A model generated the notes under the pieces. It did not search any database. It was given only the letters and a program-made list of their open reading frames with translations, and was not told where the DNA came from. A DNA stretch of 64,000 nucleotides. Source: Patescibacteria group bacterium. Lineage in GTDB: Bacteria > Patescibacteriota > Microgenomatia > PFEM01 > JAHIFH01. Where the stretch lies: NCBI GenBank assembly GCA_035529375.1, contig DATKWU010000005.1, forward strand, positions 521 to 64,520, given 5' to 3'. This document shows, piece by piece, positions 57,393 to 64,000 of the stretch (its first letter is position 1; each line of letters opens with the position of its first letter). A program made the position numbers and the translations under genes.

Positions 57393-58577
57393 TTATCTCT
57401 TTGTAATTAAAATTGGGGCTAAGGTTCCCAGAGAAGCCAAGATAAAAATCGTCTCTAAGGGTAAACCAAGAAAAACTAAAACTCCTGCCAATAAAAGGCC
57501 ACTAACAGCTCCCAGTCCTAAGGAAATTTCCATAAAATAAAGAGATTGACCGGTGCCACCATCAACTGCTTTCTGATAAGTTCGCACTAAAAAAGGAATA
57601 TGGAGCATTTGTTCCGCTACTCGATAGAAACTATCGACACCCACGATTATTAAAGGCGTTCGGGCAATAATTCGAACCAGCCAAGTAAGGAAACCGACCA
57701 TTGCTCCTAAATTAATAATCATTTTGGTGCCAACTTTATCAACAACCAGGCCGGTAAGATAAGTAATCACGGCCGCCACCAAAACCGCAGCGGCAACAAT
57801 TTCCCCAAAAGCTAAAATTTTCCCAACTAACAAAAATAAAAAGATTGGCCAAACTACCCCATACAAAGATGACTCCAATCCCCAACCAAAATAGCCCAAC
57901 ATCACCTTTTTATGAGTTCTAAAAAGGCGTAAAACGCTAGTAATTCGGGCATCTTGATGGGGCTTAATTTCCTTTGACAGCAAGGCAATCATCATCGCTA
58001 AAGTAAAAATTGCTCCGGCTGACAGAAAAAGAAACTGATAACCAAACTTTAGAATCATTAAACCTCCTAAAATTGGCGTCACCACGCCAATTAAAATATA
58101 GAAAGTTTGGCTAAGCCCAGTTTGTTTACCGAAATGCTGATGATCGCCCCGTTTAATAAAAAGCCCATGATAACCAAACCAGAAAAGAGCGGCGTGAATT
58201 CCCCAAAAAACAGAGACCAAAATCAGCAAAAAAGGATAGTTCTGACTAAAAGCAAGTAGGGCAACAAAAAGAAAAAAAGGAATAATTGAAAGAATTAAGG
58301 TCCTTCGATAACCGAGCCGAAAACTAATGTTTTCCGCTAAAGACATGGTCATTAGTTTAGAAACATAAATTAATAAATCATAACCTAAAACAATCAAAAC
58401 TGAGGTAGTAATGGTAAAACCTAAATTCCGACTAATGCTTAAGACATAAAGAGGTGAAAACAAGCCTAATAATTCGACCGCCATTCGGCGCAGAGTGACC
58501 ACAGCAATCACTGAACCTATCCCCTCGTTCTCTAAATGGAGCCAAGGAAAACCAATTGAATGAATAAAATGTTTCAT
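57393..58577 (-). CDS. MFS-type transporter-like membrane protein (about 12 TM)
   Basis: 394 aa, highly hydrophobic with regular helix spacing. Directly abuts the upstream 196-aa membrane ORF. Confidence 0.55.
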   Translation of the reverse strand: MKHFIHSIGFPWLHLENEGIGSVIAVVTLRRMAVELLGLFSPLYVLSISRNLGFTITTSVLIVLGYDLLIYVSKLMTMSLAENISFRLGYRRTLILSIIPFFLFVALLAFSQNYPFLLILVSVFWGIHAALFWFGYHGLFIKRGDHQHFGKQTGLSQTFYILIGVVTPILGGLMILKFGYQFLFLSAGAIFTLAMMIALLSKEIKPHQDARITSVLRLFRTHKKVMLGYFGWGLESSLYGVVWPIFLFLLVGKILAFGEIVAAAVLVAAVITYLTGLVVDKVGTKMIINLGAMVGFLTWLVRIIARTPLIIVGVDSFYRVAEQMLHIPFLVRTYQKAVDGGTGQSLYFMEISLGLGAVSGLLLAGVLVFLGLPLETIFILASLGTLAPILITKR

Positions 58578-59168
58578 CTATCTTTTTCTAAGATCTCCAT
58601 AAAAAACAAACAAAAAAGCCGTGCCTAATAAAGAAAGCAAACCGACTAATAAAAATAAGGGTTGAAAACCTAAATAATTAGCAATCACTCCGCCTAAGCC
58701 TGCGACTACAGCTCCACCCAAATCAGTGGTGGTGTAATAAATACTCCACTCAAAACCCTCCTGATGGCTGTCAACATGCCTAGTAAAAATGGCTAACCAG
58801 GTAGGATAAGAAAGGGCTGCGCCAAAACCACTAATAACTTGAATTAGGAAAATATGAGAAACTGTTCGGGCAAAAATATAAAGAAAAGCAGTCAAAGAAA
58901 TAATCAATGAACCAATAATCATCACCCAAAAATCATCGATTTCGCCTTTTTTCCTATCAATAAACCAAGCTAAGGGGATTTGGATTAAACATTTTGTCAA
59001 AAGAAAAACCGTTATCACCAAACCAGCCATTTCCACGTTGCCACCTTGAATCTGATTAGTTACAAAAACAGCAAAAATAGGATTGATCAATCCCCAACCA
59101 GAGAGCATGAGAATATCGGAAATGGTCAAAAAACGAATGACTTTGTTAATCGAAAAGCTAATTTTCAT
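58578..59168 (-). CDS. Six-TM membrane protein resembling the N-terminal half of an MFS transporter
   Basis: 196 aa. FIDRKKGE loop between TM2 and TM3, as in MFS motif A. The stop is immediately followed by the start of the next membrane ORF. Confidence 0.5.
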   Translation of the reverse strand: MKISFSINKVIRFLTISDILMLSGWGLINPIFAVFVTNQIQGGNVEMAGLVITVFLLTKCLIQIPLAWFIDRKKGEIDDFWVMIIGSLIISLTAFLYIFARTVSHIFLIQVISGFGAALSYPTWLAIFTRHVDSHQEGFEWSIYYTTTDLGGAVVAGLGGVIANYLGFQPLFLLVGLLSLLGTAFLFVFYGDLRKR

Positions 59169-59171
59169 TTT

Positions 59172-59756
59172 TTAATTAAATTGATTAGCGGCTCTTTCCC
59201 AGTCTTCAGTTAAAGCCAGCCTAATCGCTTTAACCGCTTTTTTAATTAATTGCTTAACTTTAGCCCTCTCTTCTCGCTTGAATTCTGCTAAAACATATCT
59301 CTCCACTAATTTCTCTTTACCAATCTTGGCTTTATCCTTCTTGACCGGATAACCAATACCTAAGCGAAAACGAACAAAGTCACCATTACCCAATTTTTCG
59401 ATAATTGATTCCAAACCACGATGACCAGCTGAACTCCCGCCTTTTCTGATTCTTACCTTCCCCAAAGGCAAATCAACATCATCATGGATGATCCAAATAT
59501 CTTCTGGCTTAATTTTATAATAACTAGCTATCTTGGCAACGGCAAACCCAGAAGCATTCATAAATGTTTGGGGCTGGACAAGGATAATTTCATCAATTCT
59601 AGTGATGAGACTGTTAAACCTTTTACTCTCCTGCCAGGCTGTTTCTTCTACTGGCATTAATTTCTTTAGTAATTCATCCAAAACCAAAAACCCTAAATTA
59701 TGGCGAGTCTTTTGATATTTTCTTTCTGGATTACCTAAACCAACAATAAGTTTCAC
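59172..59756 (-). CDS. pth: Peptidyl-tRNA hydrolase
   Basis: MKLIVGLGNPERKYQKTRHNLGF...HDDVDLPLGKVRIRKGGSSAGHRGL, canonical Pth motifs. Confidence 0.9.
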   Translation of the reverse strand: MKLIVGLGNPERKYQKTRHNLGFLVLDELLKKLMPVEETAWQESKRFNSLITRIDEIILVQPQTFMNASGFAVAKIASYYKIKPEDIWIIHDDVDLPLGKVRIRKGGSSAGHRGLESIIEKLGNGDFVRFRLGIGYPVKKDKAKIGKEKLVERYVLAEFKREERAKVKQLIKKAVKAIRLALTEDWERAANQFN

Positions 59757-60403
59757 CTTAGTAACTCCTTAACTTCCTTGTCACTGACTTGGTCAAATTC
59801 CTGATAAAATTGGCCAACAGCAAAAAACATCAGTGGTGCTTCCAGATAAACAATCTCATCTGCCTGTTCTTCTAGTTTCGGCATTGAATCACGGGAGATA
59901 ACCGGGATGGCAACCACAATCTTCTTGGGCTCTTGTTGCCTAATAACTTCTATCGCGGCCGCCATTGTCGCTCCAGTGGCCACCCCATCATCAGTAATAA
60001 TAACTATCTTATCCTCTAGTTTCACTGCTGGTTTATTCCCCCGATATTCTTTGACCCTTCTTTCTACTTCTGCTTTTCGACCCGTAATTTCTTTTTCAAG
60101 ATATTCTTTATCAATACCCAAACGACTTGTCAATTCCTCATTAATCACCGGCTCACCAGTGATCCCTACAGCGCCAATTGCCAACTCTGAATTATTTGGG
60201 GCACCAATCTTTTTAGTAACAAGAATATCTAATGGACAATTTAAAACAAGAGAAAGTTGTTTACCAATCACCAAGCCTCCTCGAGGGATTGCTAAAACAA
60301 TCAAGTCTTGACTGTCTTGAAAATCTTTTAATTTTTCGGCTAGTTTCTTGCCTGCTTCCTCCCTGTTTTTGAAAACCATCTCATTTCCAATTTTAGCACA
60401 CAA
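59753..60403 (-). CDS. Phosphoribosyltransferase-family protein
   Basis: PRPP-binding loop IVIITDDGVATGATM. 216 aa. 4-nt overlap with pth. Confidence 0.7.
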   Translation of the reverse strand: MCAKIGNEMVFKNREEAGKKLAEKLKDFQDSQDLIVLAIPRGGLVIGKQLSLVLNCPLDILVTKKIGAPNNSELAIGAVGITGEPVINEELTSRLGIDKEYLEKEITGRKAEVERRVKEYRGNKPAVKLEDKIVIITDDGVATGATMAAAIEVIRQQEPKKIVVAIPVISRDSMPKLEEQADEIVYLEAPLMFFAVGQFYQEFDQVSDKEVKELLR

Positions 60404-60463
60404 AAAAGCAGTCCGACCTGACGGCTTAAAAGCAGCCTGAAGACAAATTAAATGATCGAACTG

Positions 60464-60790
60464 CTATTTAATTTTAGTTAGCTGCTTTTTGGCAAAATCG
60501 CCTACAAATGGCAGTTTAAATTCTTCTCCTTGATAAGCCTTGAAAATCAAAACCAACCAGAGAATAAACCCCACAATCCAAAGAAGCGGAGAGAGCATCC
60601 AACCAATCACGGGCACAAACATTAAAATTGTCAAAGCACCAAAGACAATGATTGATTGCATGGCATGGAAACGAACAAAAGGGTCTTTCTCAATGAGAAG
60701 AAAAACAATTCCTGTTAACCAACCCAAAACATAAGAAAGAGCAGCGGCTGTGTTCTTGGGTAAACCGAGACCAGCTTTCATAGTGGCCAT
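60464..60790 (-). CDS. Small membrane protein, DUF4870-like
   Basis: AALSYVLGWLTGIVFLLIEKDPFVRFHAMQS pattern; three TM helices. Confidence 0.5.
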   Translation of the reverse strand: MATMKAGLGLPKNTAAALSYVLGWLTGIVFLLIEKDPFVRFHAMQSIIVFGALTILMFVPVIGWMLSPLLWIVGFILWLVLIFKAYQGEEFKLPFVGDFAKKQLTKIK

Positions 60791-60855
60791 AAATTTTCAC
60801 CTCCTTTCTATTCAAATAGTCCCACAAATTCTCAGTAGTTGTCAAGGATTGTTTT

Positions 60856-62100
60856 TTAGAACAAACTCATCTGTTTTTTCTCCTCTTTCTCTTCTCCCCA
60901 AATTCTTACTGTTCCAAAAACACCATCATAACCCGGATCAACAACAATATCACCTTCTCTTACTTTTTTAATTCCCTGGGCTACCTTTTCACCACTTACT
61001 TTGGCAATTTCCAAGGGATCTATCTTTAATAAAACATTAAATTCTGATTCAAATCTCTCTACTAAACGATTGTACTCAGTTTCAACTTTTTGGCTGGAAA
61101 CACCAACCCCTAAAGATTCTGATAAAATTTCCATTAAAGGCACTAACATTTTATAAGGAGGCCGATCCGGGGGCTGATAGTCAACTGGTCGAGTGGCCAG
61201 TTTTTCGACCCGATGCATCACCCCAATCGTCAAAGGTTTACCGCAAACTGGACAAGTCCAACCAACTCTTTTGGTCTCCTCTGGAGATTGTTTAATCTGA
61301 CAATTTCTGTGGCCTGTATAATGATACTTTCCTTCTTCAGGATAAAACTCTATTGTATAAGCAATTTCCTGCTTCTTAATCGCTCTTTTAATATCTTTAT
61401 AGCTAAAATTCTGATTTGCTATTTTGAAAACGGTTGTTTCTCTGCCTAATTTTTGGGGACTATGAGCATCACTAAAACTGATGATACTGCGACTGTCTAA
61501 TTCTTCAATCCGCCAATTCATGGCAGGATTACTAGAAAGGCCTGTCTCCACGGCATAAATTTGATCAGCAAACCGGCCAAAGCATTCTCTAAGAGAATCA
61601 AAACCAGACCGGGAACCATAAAGAGAAAACCAGGGCGTCCAAATGTGGGCCGGAATAACTAGGCAATCTTGAGAAACAGAAAAAACTAAATCACAAAGTT
61701 CAATACTTGATAAGCCTGTTATTGGTCGACCATCTGATAGTAATCTCACACCATAGCTTCGTAATTGCTGGTTAATTTTCTCAACCACTTTTAGGTTAGG
61801 AGCAAAAATAAGATTGTGAATTCGGTGACCTTTTCCCTTTTGCGAGTAAATACTCGAAATCTCGGTGGTCAACAAAAATAAAACATCACTAGGCTCATCT
61901 TTATAGCGATAAATCCCTTCATTAACTTCAATTAGATTTTCTCTAAGCTCCCTTACCCATAAGGGGTGAGTAAAATCAGCCGTCGTCACCAAATCAATCC
62001 CCTTTCTCTTTGCCCACTTAGCCATTTCAGGAATAATCATCTGCCGAGAAACAGCCCGAGAATATCTACTGTGAATATGAAGATCGGCAATTAGCTCCAT
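60856..62100 (-). CDS. PHP-domain protein with a C-terminal zinc ribbon, endonuclease Q-like
   Basis: N-terminal LHIHSRYS (PHP His cluster) with further His/Asp motifs. CPVCGKPL zinc-ribbon near the C-terminus. About 414 aa, as in EndoQ-type proteins. Confidence 0.55.
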   Translation of the reverse strand: MELIADLHIHSRYSRAVSRQMIIPEMAKWAKRKGIDLVTTADFTHPLWVRELRENLIEVNEGIYRYKDEPSDVLFLLTTEISSIYSQKGKGHRIHNLIFAPNLKVVEKINQQLRSYGVRLLSDGRPITGLSSIELCDLVFSVSQDCLVIPAHIWTPWFSLYGSRSGFDSLRECFGRFADQIYAVETGLSSNPAMNWRIEELDSRSIISFSDAHSPQKLGRETTVFKIANQNFSYKDIKRAIKKQEIAYTIEFYPEEGKYHYTGHRNCQIKQSPEETKRVGWTCPVCGKPLTIGVMHRVEKLATRPVDYQPPDRPPYKMLVPLMEILSESLGVGVSSQKVETEYNRLVERFESEFNVLLKIDPLEIAKVSGEKVAQGIKKVREGDIVVDPGYDGVFGTVRIWGEEKEEKKQMSLF

Positions 62101-62103
62101 CTT

Positions 62104-63087
62104 TTAGGTTTTAAGAAACTCAAGAAGGACAAAAATCAAATAGATTCCAAGTAAAATCGCTCCTTCCCAACGCTCCAGCTTTTTTTTGGTGCGAATAAAG
62201 AAATAAAAAAAGCCAAAAATGAGAACAAAAGCCATTGTAGCCAATAAATATTCATCAAAAGCCTGAATTCTAATCGGCGAAATCAAAGCCACTAAACCAA
62301 TAATCAAAGTCCCATTGGCTACGACTGAACCTAGTAAATCACCAAAAACCATTCCTATTTGTTTTTCCCGCACGGCCCTAAGCTCAAAAGCTAATTCAGG
62401 CAAAGATGTCCCTACAGCAACAATTACTAAACCAATAAGTAAAAGCGGTAAGTTAAGAGCAATTGCCATCTTGCTGGCAAATCTAACTAACATATCGGCT
62501 GAAAAAAGCAACAAAGCGACACCTAGAAAGAGCCAACCTAATTCCTTTTGAGTTTTTTGAGAATTCAATCTTTTTAATAAGCGAACTACAAATCCCTCTT
62601 CTCGCCCGTTTCTAGCTTCGGCTAGTCTCTTATTTCTCTCTTTTAAAATCAGAATATTGTAAAAACCATAAAGAGCCAGAAGAATCAAGCCGTCTATTTG
62701 ATTAAGATTCTTATCAAAAAGAAGAACCATCGGGGCAGCGCCTGCCAAAAAAGCATAGAAAACATCACGGCGAAGAAAAATTCCTCTGACCGCTACTGTG
62801 CCGCCAATCAAAGCCGCTCCGCCAATAACCAAGGATAAGTCAGCAATATTGGAACCAATGACATTCCCCAAAGCCAAATTAGGCCGACCCTCAAGCGCAG
62901 CCGTGATACCCACTACCAACTCAGGTAAAGAAGTCGCTAAAGCGAGCAAAAAAGAAGTAATCGCAAACTGACCAATTTGTGTCTTACCAGAAAGAGCCTT
63001 AAGATTAACCACTAAAATATCGGTAGCCTTAATTAAAATAACTGAAAAAACAAAAATTGCTAGTAAATAAAAAATACCCATTAACAT
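62104..63087 (-). CDS. Ca2+/Na+ (CaCA family, YrbG-like) antiporter
   Basis: Two alpha-repeats: ALATSLPELVVGITAAL and VAVGTSLPELAFEL. GNVIGSNIADLSLVIG. About 10 TM. Confidence 0.8.
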   Translation of the reverse strand: MLMGIFYLLAIFVFSVILIKATDILVVNLKALSGKTQIGQFAITSFLLALATSLPELVVGITAALEGRPNLALGNVIGSNIADLSLVIGGAALIGGTVAVRGIFLRRDVFYAFLAGAAPMVLLFDKNLNQIDGLILLALYGFYNILILKERNKRLAEARNGREEGFVVRLLKRLNSQKTQKELGWLFLGVALLLFSADMLVRFASKMAIALNLPLLLIGLVIVAVGTSLPELAFELRAVREKQIGMVFGDLLGSVVANGTLIIGLVALISPIRIQAFDEYLLATMAFVLIFGFFYFFIRTKKKLERWEGAILLGIYLIFVLLEFLKT

Positions 63088-63094
63088 TTCTGGA

Positions 63095-64000
63095 TTACCT
63101 TATTTTACTATTTTTATGACGGGCAATAAAAATCCACTTAGTCACCTCAATAGCAAAAAGATTAAGAAAACCAATCCCAAAAAGAAAAAGCCATTCATGG
63201 ATTCCTAAAGCATGGGTTTTTAACAAAATTTGGAGAGGAGAAAAATAGATGGCTAGGAAAAGCAAAAGAAAGCCGAAAAAAACTGAAACGGTTAAAAATC
63301 TATTGCTAAACGGATTATATTTAAAAATCGGTCTGCGTAAAGAACGACAAGCAAAAACATAAAAAAGAGAATTAATTCCTAAAGCAACGAACATGACTGT
63401 CTGAATATAGTGAAGGTGAAGGAAACCCTTAAGCAACCAGTAAAAAAGACCCAGTAGAATCAAATCAGTAGAAATACCAATAATAAAAATTAAGACTTTT
63501 AGTTCAAAGTCCAAAATTGGTGCTCCTCGCGGCCGCGGCAATTCATTCATCAACCCTTCTTCTTCTGGCTCAAAGGCTAGGGCAACAGCCGGCAAGCTAT
63601 CTTCAACCAGATTAACCCAAAGAATCTGAACCGCCGTTACCGGCAACGGTAGCTTAAGAAGAAGCGAGCCACCAATTAGAATAATTTCAGTAAAACTATC
63701 AGAAAAGAGATAAAGAACGACTTTTTTGATATTCTCGAAGATATTTCTCCCCTCTTCAATCGCCTGAACAATAGTAGAAAACTCAGAATCTAACAAAACC
63801 ATATCAGCGGTTTCTTTGGCGACATCTGAGGCCTCGCCGACAACAATCCCGATATCCGCTTGTTTTAGAGCCGGAGCATCGTTAACTCCATCTCCAGTCA
63901 TCGCTACCACTTCACCATTGTCTTTAAGAGCCTTAACTATTTTCAGTTTCTGTTGAGGATTAACCCGAGCAAAAAGGACTATTTTTTCTACCCTCTTTCT
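63095..64000 (-). CDS. P-type cation-transporting ATPase, C-terminal part (gene continues beyond the window end)
   Basis: The frame stays open to position 64000. ...KIVKALKDNGEVVAMTGDGVNDAPALKQADIGI is the hinge motif. C-terminal TM helices M5-M10. The 'M' in the track is an internal GTG codon. Confidence 0.85.
   Translation of the reverse strand, partial: RKRVEKIVLFARVNPQQKLKIVKALKDNGEVVAMTGDGVNDAPALKQADIGIVVGEASDVAKETADMVLLDSEFSTIVQAIEEGRNIFENIKKVVLYLFSDSFTEIILIGGSLLLKLPLPVTAVQILWVNLVEDSLPAVALAFEPEEEGLMNELPRPRGAPILDFELKVLIFIIGISTDLILLGLFYWLLKGFLHLHYIQTVMFVALGINSLFYVFACRSLRRPIFKYNPFSNRFLTVSVFFGFLLLFLAIYFSPLQILLKTHALGIHEWLFLFGIGFLNLFAIEVTKWIFIARHKNSKIR

Overview
This window reads as a low-GC, gene-dense bacterial segment (standard code: TGA acts as a stop, several ATGA start/stop overlaps). 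Its overall look is that of a small-genome, Patescibacteria/CPR-like organism; that assignment is inference only. The backbone is housekeeping, mostly on the minus strand: rho, radA, rpsA, a 5S-23S-tRNA-Ala(UGC) unit, 16S, mnmA, tatA/tatA/tatC, trxA/trxB, pth, a P-type ATPase and others. Three things stand out. (1) The rRNA operon is split: 16S and 23S lie about 3.2 kb apart. The spacer holds an oppositely oriented tRNA-Ile(GAU), a TrwB/TraD/VirD4-like ATPase gene, two tiny coiled-coil ORFs, a consensus promoter and two intrinsic terminators. (2) Two giant predicted surface proteins. One (2122 aa) has an N-terminal integrase-type SAM-like DNA-binding module, a TM helix, a collagen-like GXY region, His-x-His modules and tail-fibre-like motifs. 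The other (1380 aa) is a roughly 1100-aa tandem [V/A/I/L]SPS tetrapeptide array encoded by a ~3.4 kb 12-nt DNA repeat. Its C-terminal ~55-aa domain is duplicated in a small neighbouring ORF. (3) Glycosylation machinery lies next to these: three GT-C membrane glycosyltransferase-like genes (one carrying an NPCBM domain) and a ~9 kb sugar-modification island (two GT2 paralogues, two paralogues of an unknown family, DegT aminotransferase, GNAT, two methyltransferases, a sulfotransferase-like gene). Also present: a three-member RimK-like ATP-grasp / retropepsin-like / membrane-protein operon, a HuH-Y1 (IS200-like) domain fused to an SH3b domain with 24-bp coding repeats, and several noncoding repeats and hairpins. 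No CRISPR array, no reverse transcriptase and no recognisable toxin-antitoxin pair were seen. Every call below was made by eye from motifs; no database search was run.
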